A stretch of 64,000 nucleotides of DNA from an uncultured Chloroflexia bacterium (lineage in GTDB: Bacteria; Chloroflexota; UBA6077; JACCZL01). Below, one piece after another: positions 33,003-43,160 of the stretch. Position 1 is the first letter of the stretch; each line of letters starts with the position of its first letter. The stretch is taken from contig CAVXYC010000020.1 of the NCBI GenBank assembly GCA_963765765.1, forward strand, positions 512,001 through 576,000, read 5' to 3'. The position numbers were made by a program, and so were the translations under genes. The notes under the pieces are model-generated. The model was not told where the DNA came from and ran no database searches. It worked only from the letters and a program-made list of their open reading frames with translations.

Positions 33003-33905
33003 GTGAGAACGCTTCAAGTACGAGTTCCGGCCACCAGCGCTAACCTGGGATCCGGATTCGACTGCCTGGGACTGGCGTTGGCTCGATACAATACCCTCAC
33101 CGCGCAACAGGCTGAGGATACTCAGGTTCGTGTGAACGGAGAAGGTGCAGGCCGCCTGGCCGGCGACGGTCGCAATCTGATCTACCGCACGATCACCGCG
33201 GCTTACGCTGACCGCGGCGCCATGCCGCCACCACTCCTTCTCGAGTGTCACAACACAATCCCTGTCGCCCGTGGCCTAGGGAGCAGCAGCTCGGCCATTG
33301 CGGCGGGCCTGGTGATTGCCAACGCCCTATTAGAAGGAGCATTGAGCCAGGACGATTTAGTGCGTATTGGCACGCGACTGGAGGGCCATCCGGACAACAT
33401 TGTTCCGTGCCTTCTGGGTGGCATTCGCGTCTCAGTCAATGCACGCGGCCACGTGGTGACCTGCCCGGTGGAAGCGCCACCGGAGCTCCACGCGGTGATT
33501 TTCGTCCCCAACGTCCCGATGCGCACTGAGGAAGCCCGCGCGGCGCTGCCTCGGAATGTCTCCATGAAGCAGGCCGTGTTCAACGTGAGCCGGGCGGCGC
33601 TCCTGGTAGCGGCGCTGGAACAAGGGCGTCTCGATTTACTGAGCACCGCAACGGAAGACGCACTCCATCAGCCGCCCAGAAGTCGCATCTTTCCCGCGTT
33701 CCCACGCATCATTGAGGCAGCGCTCGCTTCCGGAGCCCACGGTGCGTTTCTCTCCGGCGCGGGCTCATCAGTGCTCGCCTTTTGTACCCAGAACAGCGAT
33801 AAGATTGCGGACGCAATGCAGCGCGCTGCTGCCGATCAATCCGTCGGCGGGTTTGCCGACGTACTCGAGATAGATCGGGCTGGCGCTTCAGTTACGGAGT
33901 CATGA
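33003..33905 (+). CDS. thrB: Homoserine kinase
   Basis: PATSANLGSGFD, PVARGLGSSS, EGHPDN, LSGAGS. Confidence 0.96.
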   Translation: MRTLQVRVPATSANLGSGFDCLGLALARYNTLTAQQAEDTQVRVNGEGAGRLAGDGRNLIYRTITAAYADRGAMPPPLLLECHNTIPVARGLGSSSSAIAAGLVIANALLEGALSQDDLVRIGTRLEGHPDNIVPCLLGGIRVSVNARGHVVTCPVEAPPELHAVIFVPNVPMRTEEARAALPRNVSMKQAVFNVSRAALLVAALEQGRLDLLSTATEDALHQPPRSRIFPAFPRIIEAALASGAHGAFLSGAGSSVLAFCTQNSDKIADAMQRAAADQSVGGFADVLEIDRAGASVTES

Positions 33906-35146
33906 CCCAACACCCTAGCCCGTCAATGTCAATCATCGTTCAGAAATATGGCGGCTCGTCCCTGGCGACCGCCGATCGGATTCGCAACGCGGCGCGTCGA
34001 ATCTCCGCGACACGGCAACATGGCGCCCACGTGATCGTGGTTGTCTCAGCCATGGGCGATACCACCGACGAGCTGCTGGACCTCGCTCGCCAGGTCTCCG
34101 ACGATCCGCCGGCTCGAGAAATGGATCTTCTTCTCTCGACCGGCGAGACGGTTTCCGCGGCGCTCATGGCCATGGCCCTGGGATCATTGGGATTGCACTC
34201 AGTTGCCCTAACGGGCGGTCAGGCCGGTATTCGTACTGACACGATCTATAGTCGCGCACGTATCACGGACGTGAATCCGCAACGGCTGCGCCAGGAGCTG
34301 AATGGCGGTGCCATTCCCATCGTGACGGGCTTTCAGGGTGTCACCGATACTGAAGACGTGACCACCCTGGGCCGCGGTGGATCCGATACCAGCGCGGTAG
34401 CATTGGCTGCCGCCGTTAAAGCCGAGCGCTGTGAGATCTACACGGACGTGGAGGGGATCTACACCGCCGATCCGCGCATGGTGCCCGAGGCGCGCAGACT
34501 TGAGCAGGTCTCCTACGAGGAGATGCTAGAATTGGCGCAGCTTGGCGCACGAGTGATGCATCCGCGTGCTGTTGAGCTGGGCGAACTGTATGACATGCCC
34601 ATTCTGGTTGCCTCCAGCTTTGTGGATGCGCCAGGCACTCTGATTACTCGAGCGGAACACGTGGAAGTACGCAAGAATGTTCGCGGCCTCGCGCATGATA
34701 CGGACGTGGGAAAGATCACCGTCACTCACGTTCCTGACCGGCCCGGCGTAGCCCATTCGATCTTCGCGCCACTGGCATCCGCCGGTATCAGCGTGGATAC
34801 CATCGTCCAGAATGCCGGACTTGACAGCCATACCGACATTTCGTTTACCGTGACCCGCGGAGACGTTGCCCGAGCGCTTCCGCTGGTACAGGCGTGTGCA
34901 CACGAGATGGAGGCTGGCGGCGTGAGCTCCAGCGAGAACCTGGCCAAGGTATCCATCGTGGGAACTGGCATGCAAAGCGCTCCCGGTTTCGCGGCGAGAA
35001 TGTTCGGCTGCCTCTCCGATAGCGGGATCAATATTGAGATGATCACCACGTCGGATATTCGTATCACCTGCATCATTGAGCGTGATCGTGTGAAGGAGGC
35101 GCTTGGAGTGCTGCATCGCGCCTTTGAGCTCGACCGCGACGCTTAG
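33902..35146 (+). CDS. lysC: Aspartate kinase
   Basis: VQKYGGSS, VVSAMG, TLGRGGSDTSA, two ACT domains. Confidence 0.95.
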   Translation: MTQHPSPSMSIIVQKYGGSSLATADRIRNAARRISATRQHGAHVIVVVSAMGDTTDELLDLARQVSDDPPAREMDLLLSTGETVSAALMAMALGSLGLHSVALTGGQAGIRTDTIYSRARITDVNPQRLRQELNGGAIPIVTGFQGVTDTEDVTTLGRGGSDTSAVALAAAVKAERCEIYTDVEGIYTADPRMVPEARRLEQVSYEEMLELAQLGARVMHPRAVELGELYDMPILVASSFVDAPGTLITRAEHVEVRKNVRGLAHDTDVGKITVTHVPDRPGVAHSIFAPLASAGISVDTIVQNAGLDSHTDISFTVTRGDVARALPLVQACAHEMEAGGVSSSENLAKVSIVGTGMQSAPGFAARMFGCLSDSGINIEMITTSDIRITCIIERDRVKEALGVLHRAFELDRDA

Positions 35147-35788
35147 ATGGCAGGACGTGACGCGAGCCTAATAGATCGGGCACAGACCTCCCTCAAAAAG
35201 CTGTGGAGCGGGCAACCTGGCCGAGCGCGCGCGGCCGGCCGCCGTCGACGCGTGCAGGCGATGCCCACCGCTCAATACCGGCAGGCTCCCGTTGAGCACT
35301 GGTCTGAGCGTAATCAGGTTAGCCATTACACGCGTCCCGCCAGCCGACGCGGCGGCGATCATAATGCCACCACGCTGGTCATCGTCATCATCGTCATCGC
35401 CCTCGGGCTAATGCTGCTCTATGCCGTGAGCTCCTGGCTTAATGCCGGTACGAACAGTCGAAGCAGCCCCCCCACCGCCGTGCCAGTCGTGGCAGCGCCC
35501 ACTGTTTCCTCGCCTGTGCCTGCGCCAGCCGCCAGCCCGGGCGCGTTACCCAGTCCACAGGGTGTCATCCTTGGGACGCCCGGCACGGTCGTGATCACTG
35601 GCGCCGCACCATCGCCCGAGCCGCTCCCAGGCGCTCGCCGTACACACCGCGTCGCCCAAGGTGACACGCTGGCCCGAATCGCCCAGCAATACGGCACAAC
35701 CGTCGATGCGATCATGCGAGCCAACAACTTCACCGACCGCGGCCGAATCTTGAGAGTTGGCGAAGAGTTGATCATCCCCGCGCCCTAA
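35147..35788 (+). CDS. Membrane-anchored LysM domain protein
   Basis: TM segment, Pro-rich linker, HRVAQGDTLARIAQQYGTTVDAIMRAN. Confidence 0.88.
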   Translation: MAGRDASLIDRAQTSLKKLWSGQPGRARAAGRRRRVQAMPTAQYRQAPVEHWSERNQVSHYTRPASRRGGDHNATTLVIVIIVIALGLMLLYAVSSWLNAGTNSRSSPPTAVPVVAAPTVSSPVPAPAASPGALPSPQGVILGTPGTVVITGAAPSPEPLPGARRTHRVAQGDTLARIAQQYGTTVDAIMRANNFTDRGRILRVGEELIIPAP

Positions 35789-36060
35789 GCGGGACCTCAG
35801 CTCTCCGTCTGATCTCTATATTCGAAGCTCAATCAGATCGCTGTTCCAAGCTCCTCGGTGGCGCGGGTCTCCGTACCCGTGCGGAGCCGCAAGCCATCCG
35901 ACTGACGATCGCTATCTCGCCGTGCAGAAATCGACAAACTGCCCGAATAAACCGTCGCCCCCAAGGCGCGGTCAGAACCTTCTGCGTCAGTAGACCACTA
36001 CAGAAGCGTGGCTCCCCCGCCAACCTATCAATTAGAATTCCAAGCCGCCGCAACACGTCC

Positions 36061-36135
36061 GCCGATGTAGCTCAGTGGTAGAGCAGCTGTTTCGTAAACA
36101 GCAGGCCGTCGGTTCGAGTCCGACCATCGGCTCCA
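36061..36135 (+). tRNA. tRNA-Thr(CGT)
   Basis: GCCGATG/CATCGGC acceptor stem, anticodon stem GCTGT/ACAGC with loop TTCGTAA, GGTTCGAGTCC T-arm, encoded CCA. Confidence 0.97.
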
Positions 36136-36143
36136 CAATTTAC

Positions 36144-36188
36144 GAACAAAAACACCTCGATGGGCTTCCGTCGGAGGTGTTTTTGTTC
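36144..36188. terminator. Hairpin after the tRNA (bidirectional terminator-like)
   Basis: GAACAAAAACACCTC / GAGGTGTTTTTGTTC perfect 15-bp inverted repeat. Confidence 0.75.
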
Positions 36189-36204
36189 CCAACTGACAGT
36201 GACA

Positions 36205-36233
36205 TTGACAGTAATCGGCGGTAGAAGTATGCT
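36205..36233 (+). promoter_or_regulatory. Sigma70-type promoter of the integrase, overlapping TGACAGT repeats
   Basis: TTGACA-17 bp-TATGCT; TGACAGT at 36194 and 36206. Confidence 0.65.
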
Positions 36234-36290
36234 GCTCCCGAGCGGCGAGAGCCCTGGAAATCAGGCGCTGCAGCTCAATGGAGGGTCGGC

Positions 36291-37444
36291 ATGGCGAAAG
36301 TTCGCGGCGCTCGGGAAGGGAGCATCTACCAGCGCAAGAGCGACGGCCGCTGGGTCGCTGCCTGCACGGTCAACGGCAAGCAGCAGTACCAGTACGCCAG
36401 AACAAAAGAGGAAGCTCGCCAGAAACTGCGCGAGATGCAGCGCAGGCGGGAGGACGGGCAGCCAGTCACCCTGCCGCGCCAGACGCTGGGGCAATTCCTT
36501 GACCGCTGGCTGGAGGACGCGATCAAGCCGAGCGTCCGCTCGCGCACGTATGCCAGCTATGCTCAGATGGTGCGGCTCCATCTCAAGCCGCCCTGGGCCA
36601 TCACCGGCTGGACCAGCTCACCCCGCAGCAGGTTCAGGCATTCATCAGAGCAAAGAGCGAGACGAAGAGCCAAAAGGGCGACGGCAAACTCTCCACCCGG
36701 ACGGTCAATTACCTCCGAGACATCCTCCGCCAGGCGCTCAACCAGGCCATCAAGTGGGACCTCGTCACCCGTAACGTTGCCGAGCTAACGAGCCCGCTTC
36801 GAAGCGAGCGCCGTGAGGCTCAACGGCTCAGCCCGACGCAGTGCATCGCGCTCCTCGACGCCGCGCGGGGCGATCGGCTGGAAGCGCTCTATGTGGTCAC
36901 CCTTGCCACTGGCATTCGCCAGGGGGAAGCCCTTGGCTTGCATTGGGGCGATGTCGATCTGGATCAGGGCACGCTGACCCTGCGGACGCAGCTCCAGCGG
37001 GTTGATGGCAAGTACGACCTCGAGCCGCTCAAGACAGAACGATCTCGCCGTGTGTTGCCCCTGCTGCCGCTGGCAGTCGACAGCCTTCGAAGGCATCATA
37101 CCCAGCAGATTGAGGAGCGGCTGGTATCCGGGCCCGATTGGCAGAACGAGCGCGACCTCATCTTCACGACCAGGGACGGCGCGCCACTGAACGCCCGCGT
37201 CGCCGTCAGCAAGTTCAAGGCGCTCCTCAGGCGAGCCGACTTGCCCGACGTGACGTACCATGGTCTACGACACTCGTGCGCCTCGCTGCTGGCCTACCTC
37301 GACGTTCACCCGAGCGTCATCATGGCGATCCTCGGGCACAGCACATCCCGGTTGACGATGGATCTCTATACCCACGTCGATCCGTCGCTGCTACGCGACG
37401 CGGCTGTCAAGATGCAGGACCTCCTGGCAGGTGGGCGGAGGTAG
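36291..37444 (+). CDS. Tyrosine integrase (frameshifted)
   Basis: EGSIYQRKSDGRW arm domain, ATGIRQGEALGL, HGLRHS, ILGHS, TMDLYTH. Confidence 0.92.
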
Positions 37445-37451
37445 CTCGCAA

Positions 37452-37480
37452 TTCGCACCTCGTCGGGCGGCGAGTATAAC
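37452..37480 (+). promoter_or_regulatory. Putative sigma70 promoter for the candidate ncRNA and DUF3800 gene
   Basis: TTCGCA-17 bp-TATAAC immediately before the structured region. Confidence 0.5.
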
Positions 37481-37483
37481 GAT

Positions 37484-37655
37484 GCGCCGGCGGCCCGGTG
37501 AAGGACGACGCCTCCCCCCTGTGCAGGCGTGGAAGCATGTCGGCAAGTGGTAAGCTGAGTCACACGGACACTTTCAGCGGCGGCTGGCTGGGGCTGCTTA
37601 CGGACTCGCTGTTCATGCCCGTGGAGGGCGGCTTTACCAGCACCCGCGCCGGCGC
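37484..37655 (+). ncRNA. Candidate rod-shaped structured RNA upstream of DUF3800 gene
   Basis: Nested helices found by hand: 37484-92/37647-55, 37497-503/37632-38, 37509-15/37623-30, 37526-36/37608-19, 37550-55/37596-601, with G-U pairs. Confidence 0.6.
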
Positions 37656-37720
37656 CACATCACGCCCAGGTGCGCGCCAATCGGCATCAGATCGTGAACT
37701 GCTTCCAGAGCGTGCTGTAG

Positions 37721-38485
37721 TTGCGCGTTACTGCTTACGCTGACGAATCGGGGCAGGAGCGGTCGATCGGTGTGTACACGGTCGCTGGCTTGGCGTTTAG
37801 CCCCAACGGAGAACTGCAGTTCGTCAAGCATTGGATGCGCGACTTAGCTGTATTTGGACTCACTGAATTCCACACGAATGATATCGTGGCGAGACTGAAG
37901 AGGGGCCGTTCCGCTCTAGCAGAAAGTGACTTCGATCGGCTTTGTGGACGGCTCTTGCGAACCATCAGGAGGAACGCGCTGTTTGCGGTATCCGTAAACA
38001 TAGACACCTGGGCCTACGAATGCACGACCAACTTCGAGCCAGCAGATCCTCAATTCGAAGATCAATCCGTACGGGATCGGGCTTGAGTTTTTCATGGGCG
38101 ATGTGGTGAGGCACATTCAGCCAGATGATGAAGTTCGCTTTATGTTCGACCAAGGCAATACTTCGGCCAAGTGGAAAGCAAGATTCTGGTCCAACATTGA
38201 GCACATGCGCAGCCTTTCAACAGGCCAAGTACGGGCCGCCGCGCGAGAATTGTCAATGGACAGCTTCCAGCGCTCTCGTGGGTGTCACCTCTCCAGTCGG
38301 CCGATTTATTTGCGTGGGTCGCTGCGAAGGGATTCTCGCTACACATCGGACGCGGAGTTGCAGTAAACGCGCCTCAGTGCCTTATGTCAACGTACCCTTT
38401 ACGCCTGCGGCGTAGTCTTCGGCGCTGCACTTTTCCCTGCGCCAATTCGTTCCGTCGGCGTATGAGTCGTCCATTGCCATTTTGA
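37721..38485 (+). CDS. DUF3800-family protein (frameshifted; 3' end uncertain)
   Basis: N-terminal AYADESG, EFHT, FMFDQG, C-terminal LQSADLFAW (DE and QxxD signatures of DUF3800). Confidence 0.75.
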
Positions 38486-38705
38486 CGAGCATGGGCAAGT
38501 CCCTGGCGAAGGTAGATGGGGTTTTACTGACAGTTCGGGCCACTTATGATCCGCCTCGGTACGCAATTCTGGACATTCTGCCCGCGAAGTGCTCGTGATG
38601 ATCGAGTAAGCAAAGTCATTCTGTCAATTAGCCTCGTGCGCCATGCCAACCGTCACCGACAGCAACGTCGAACAAGTCGATTGGCGGAAGCTATAGTCGG
38701 ATACT

Positions 38706-38733
38706 CGTTCCGATAATCCCCATTATCGGAAGT
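38706..38733. repeat. dif-like palindromic site 1
   Basis: CGTTCCGATAA-TCCCCA-TTATCGGAAGT (11-6-11). Confidence 0.7.
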
Positions 38734-38873
38734 CCCACACCAAGCTCCGCTGCGCTACATGGTCCAGCTGCGGGCCTAGGGTAGGCGTCCAGCTTCCAGC
38801 TTCCTTCACGGAAGCCCGAGACTGCTCCACCCGCAGCAAGCCCCCCAGTAGATGGGCGTACACTAGCGGCATC

Positions 38874-39896
38874 ATGACGCCAACCGGTCCGCCGCACCCG
38901 TCGCCGCTTCCTGAGGGGTGGCCTGTCCATGGCCGGCCTCGGTCTGCTGGCCGGCTGCGGGCTGCTCCCTCCCCAGGCCCCAACGTCCGAGCGGGTGCGC
39001 CTGATCGGGGTCCTCGGCGACGCGCCTGGCGAGCGTTGGGACGCGTTCTGGGATGGGCTGCGGGAGCTGGGCTGGGTCGAGGGCCGGAACCTCGCCGTGG
39101 AGTCCCGCTGGGCCGAGGGAGACTCCCGACGGTACCGGGCCCTCGCGACCGAGCTCGTCGAGCGGAAGGTCGAGCTGATTGTGGTGGGGACGTCGAATGC
39201 CAGCCTCGCCGCCAAGCAGGCGACCACCACCGTCCCGCTCGTGGCGATCCTGTTCAGCGGGAAGGCAATCGAGAGCGGGCTCGTCGACAACATCGCGCGG
39301 CCCGGCGGGAACATCACTGGGACGGCCGGGCATAAACGGGTCGCAACTGGAAGGCAGGCAGCTTCAACTATTGAAGGAAGCAGTCCCGTACGCCTCCCGT
39401 GTAGCCGTGCTCCGTAGAGGCAGCGCAGCGGCGACCTCGGCATCAGAGGTCCGCGTGCGGGCGCTCCAGGAGGCCGCGCCCGGCCTCGGGGTACACCTTC
39501 ACGTCGTCCACATACCGAACATCAGCGGCCTCGACGACGCGTTCGCGGCCATGTCCACAGCCGGCGCTGATGCCGTCAAGATTCTCCGCCACCCAGTTGG
39601 AGTCTGCGTGGGGACGCATCGCCGAGCTGGCGCTCCAGTATCGGCTGCCGTCGGTCACGGAATATCCGGAGTTCGCTCGGGCGGGAGGCTGGCTAGCATA
39701 TGGCTTGAGTCGAGCCGAGATCTACCGGAGCGCAGCACCGTACGTGGACAAAATCCTGCGAGGTGCCCGCCCCGGCGATCTGCCGATGGAGCGGCCGACA
39801 GAGTTCGACTTCGTCATCAATCTCAAAACAGCGCAGGCCCTGGGGCTGACCATCCCGCAGGCCCTCCTAACGCAGGCAACCGAAGTCATCCAGTAG
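38874..39896 (+). CDS. Orphan ABC transporter substrate-binding protein, ABC_sub_bind type (frameshifted)
   Basis: LLAGC lipobox, GLRELGWVEGRNL, ARPGGNITG, YVDKILRGARPGDLPMERPTEFDFVINLKTAQALGLTIP. Confidence 0.88.
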
Positions 39897-39907
39897 CAAG
39901 GCCCGCT

Positions 39908-39935
39908 CGTTCCGATAACCCCCATTATCGGACTG
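39908..39935. repeat. dif-like palindromic site 2
   Basis: CGTTCCGATAA-CCCCCA-TTATCGGACTG; 26/27 identical to site 1 over 39906-39932. Confidence 0.7.
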
Positions 39936-40370
39936 ACTCACGGGTCTTGGGTCTCATAACGCTTCTTCTGCGAACCAGGTCTTCCCGAGCCGATCTCACA
40001 TCCTCTTATTTTGGGGTCGCAATAACTCCTGATTAACGTCGTTATGCGAACCGTGCGCAGAATAGGGCGAAAGTCGGCAGGCGTAAATTTCCGTAAACGC
40101 ACTCGGAACGACTGGTGCTGCAATTCCGCGCGCCTACGATTGCGGGCCGAGCGTCCAAGAACCGCCGTCACGTACGCGCGAGAAATCGCCACGAGGGAGC
40201 GGTGCAGATCCCGACGTACGCAGCGGCTAATTTCGTGCGACGCTTCTCCAGCCATCACGCAATGGCGCGGAGCGCTCGATGTGTGCTGTCTCCAGTGCGG
40301 TGCGCCAATGCGCTGGGCACAGAGCTCGCGATGAATGTGCGGCCCAGAATCGTGAATCGATTTGAGGCTG

Positions 40371-40960
40371 TTACTCGTCCTCCTCCGCCAGTTCCGTCGC
40401 CATCTGCATGACCGCCACGGGATCGAGCCCGTATTTCGCCGCAATACGCTCCACCTTTCGCCGCATCGTGAGCATGTCCTCGTGCCGCCCCGAAAAGAGA
40501 CCCAGGTGCTTGCCGAGCAGCTCTAGGACTTGGCAGCTTCGGGTGCAGCTTGATGCGTACTCGCGTCGAGTGACGGAGCGCCCGTTGCCTCGCGCGATGT
40601 CGATCTCCTTCACTCTGACCTGCGCCACCGCGCGTGTGTCGAGCCCGCTCGATTCCCGCAAGCTCGAAATGGTTCGGTCCCCACACCGCGTAATCCTTGA
40701 GGTTGGCGAACGCGATCGACGCCAGGTCCTCAAGCACGCGGTCGGCGTGGAGTCCGACGCGTGCCGATCGCTCCGCCTTCGCGCGTGAAATAGCGTCGAA
40801 AACCTTAGCATTCCTTAGCAACCGCGACGCTTCGACCGCCGCAGAACCGGGGCTGTAGCCCGCACGGATCGCCGCCTGGGTCCCGTTCAGGTCCAGCAAA
40901 TATTCTGCGACAAAGCGCGCCTGCCGCGCGGTCAGCTTCTATGTCAGCCACGCTGCTCAT
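40371..40960 (-). CDS. terS: Phage terminase small subunit (frameshifted)
   Basis: KLTARQARFVAEYLLDLNGTQAAIRAGYS and LELLGKHLGLF, typical of Terminase_2. Confidence 0.85.
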
Positions 40961-41962
40961 CTCCGCTCCTTCCGCCGCCATCCGCTGCCGACATCGATTC
41001 GGGCCCTTCCGCTCACGCGCCCGTCTGGCGGACTCCCGCTTCCACTGGCGCTGCATCTCGGGAGCACAGCGGTCGCAGTAGTGGGCACGGTCGTATCGGG
41101 GCGACCGATCTGAAGGGTACGCATGGCCGCAGCGATTGCAGATCGTCAGGCTCGGCTGATTCACGACGACAGCCATGAGCAGGGCTGCGAAAATCCCGAA
41201 CAGACCCTCGCACTGCACGTAGTACTGGAATCGTTCAGCCGCTTCGTCCCAGTCGGCTCCCGGCGCCGTCCGTGCCAGGTGCGCCAGTTTCGTGACACCG
41301 AGCGCGAGGACGGCGCGCTGGATACTGACGGGCTCATGATGAGCGTACGATTCCATCTCGTTGTCGAGTCGCATTGTGAAGATGGATTCCACCACCTTCC
41401 ACTGACCTGCGTCCGATACCGGGCCCTCGTTCAGGCCCGCGGTGAGATCGATGAGCGTGCGGAACCGCGTCGCCCACGCGCGCCAGCCCTCGACCGGCTC
41501 CGCCCAACGATCGCCATTTCAGCTGCCGCGGTCGGCACGCGAGCCGATAGGGGGCCTCGGGTCTTGCGGATTGTGGAAGAACAAATAGTCCTCGCGGTAC
41601 GTGGAACCGATCTCCGAGAGTTCGTGCGCTGCGGGATAGAGGTGATCCGCGCACAACTCGAGTGGTCCCCAAATACGGGCATACTCAAAGATGGTCTCAT
41701 CGGACGCGTCGGCCAGGCGACTGAACTGCCAAAAAAGCCTCGGGTGGAACCGCACCTCGGGGAAAGGAAGAACGTCCGAGATTGCGATCCGCGGACCCTC
41801 CGGATTCTTGTTCCACGTCCACGTAATGAAGCGGTCACCCTCATGGTCTTCGAGTCTGATGTCGAGCGGTATCTCGACTCGGTTCGGGCCCGTACGGGAC
41901 CCGATCGCGGTGGGCAGCAGTGCTACCCGATGGCGCTTCACGTTGGCCCCTCGTACGTCCAT
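40961..41962 (-). CDS. Hypothetical protein with C-terminal CxxC..CxxC zinc finger and basic tail (frameshifted)
   Basis: ORFs 41519..41962 and 40805..41395; ICNRCG...YCDRC...KRESARRARERK. Confidence 0.5.
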
Positions 41963-41977
41963 GGATGGTTTCCAATT

Positions 41978-41996
41978 AGAGTTTAACTTAGACTCT
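41978..41996. promoter_or_regulatory. Palindromic operator-like site between divergent genes
   Basis: AGAGTTTAA-C-TTAGACTCT, 8/9 inverted match in an AT-rich spacer. Confidence 0.4.
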
Positions 41997-42081
41997 TAAG
42001 AATCCAACAACACGGCCCGTCCTGTGCTTCTACGGATCCATGAGAACGTGCGTGCATGAGCACGCACGCGGGAGATACGGA

Positions 42082-42258
42082 ATGGACCCTATTCTGCTCA
42101 AAGTTGAGGAGTGTGCTCGCGTGCTGAATCTCGGACGGTCGAAGGTCTTCGAGATGATCCGTCGCGGCGAGTTGCCGGTGGTGCGATTCGGACGGAGCGT
42201 GCGCGTTCCAGTGGTGGCGCTGCGTGAGTTGATCGAGCAGCAGACCGACCAGCGCTAG
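42082..42258 (+). CDS. Excisionase-family HTH (HTH_17) protein
   Basis: LLKVEECARVLNLGRSKVFEMIRRGELPVVRFGRSVRVP. Confidence 0.88.
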   Translation: MDPILLKVEECARVLNLGRSKVFEMIRRGELPVVRFGRSVRVPVVALRELIEQQTDQR

Positions 42259-42317
42259 CGAGCAGTCGCACGCACCCGCTCTTAGCGCACGGGCTAGTAG
42301 CCGCATCTGGCATCGAC

Positions 42318-42707
42318 ATGACGGTCGCTTTTTCCGCGGCTCCGGCAGCCATCGAGGCGGCTCGTGGCTATGTGGAGCGAGGGTGGCCCGTCCTGCGTCT
42401 CCATGGCGTGCCCGACGGCAAATGCACGTGCTCAAAGGCGTCATGCCGCTCGGCGGGCAAACACCCGAGTATTCTGCGTGGGGTTCGCGGGGCAACCAGT
42501 GATCTCCAGTGCATCGAGCGCTGGTTACGAGAGAAACCGGACCACAACATCGGGCTCGCCGCCGGCGCTGCGTCCGGATTCGTCGTGCTGGACGTCGATC
42601 CGCGGAACGAAGGTTTCGACAGCCTCGAACGTTTGGAGCGACAGCACGGCGTGCTCCCGCGGTCGCGATCCGATCGGGGCCGCGCTGGATGGGTACAGTA
42701 CGGATGA
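42318..42707 (+). pseudogene. Bifunctional primase/polymerase (Prim-Pol) N-terminal fragment
   Basis: GWPVL..CTC...C..AGKHP, NIGLAAG..SGFVVLDVDPR; similarity stops after about 115 aa. Confidence 0.8.
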
Positions 42708-42959
42708 GCTGAAAGGTATGCTGCAAATGCTGCGTGCGCAGGCGGTCGAATCGGGACTCATCGCCGCACCACCTGGCGGGTTGCTGCCACCGAAGATCTA
42801 ATTCGCCGACGGCGTGCACCCCTGGGTGAACACCTCCGCTGCCAACAGCCCAGGCTCTGACACGACCGGCAACACCAGGGACGGCACGCGCAGGGAGGCC
42901 ACGGGGAGTATACGCAGCCATCGGCGTAGGCTCGAATCGGGGTCGGTCCAAGGGCGGCC

Positions 42960-43160
42960 CGGTCCTGGAATCCCGGATCCCAGCGCTCGTCTGGATACTG
43001 GCGTGCCCAGGCTGAGGCTGATCTGCTCGATCCGCGCGTCCCCCTGGAGCACTAGCTTCCCGAAGGTCCGCCGCAGATCGTGCGCCGCAATCTGAACACC
43101 GAGCGACTCGGTATACGCGCGCACCATATCGGCAACGGCCTGATCGACATCCGCGTGGTG
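42960..43160 (-). pseudogene. XerC-like tyrosine recombinase C-terminal remnant
   Basis: AHDLRRTFGKL..IEQISLSLG, then HASIQT in a shifted frame. Confidence 0.7.

Noticed and set aside
37498-37743. 81-aa ORF over the candidate ncRNA
   Set aside because: No recognisable motif or clear RBS; the nested pairing explains the region better, although coding cannot be excluded.
38382-38391. TTATGTCAAC resembling a XerD arm
   Set aside because: No ATAA partner arm six bases upstream, and it lies in probable coding sequence.
38704-39935. CRISPR array or integron attC sites
   Set aside because: Only two copies 1.2 kb apart, no cas genes, and no attC R-box/L-box structure; the integrase lacks obvious IntI context.
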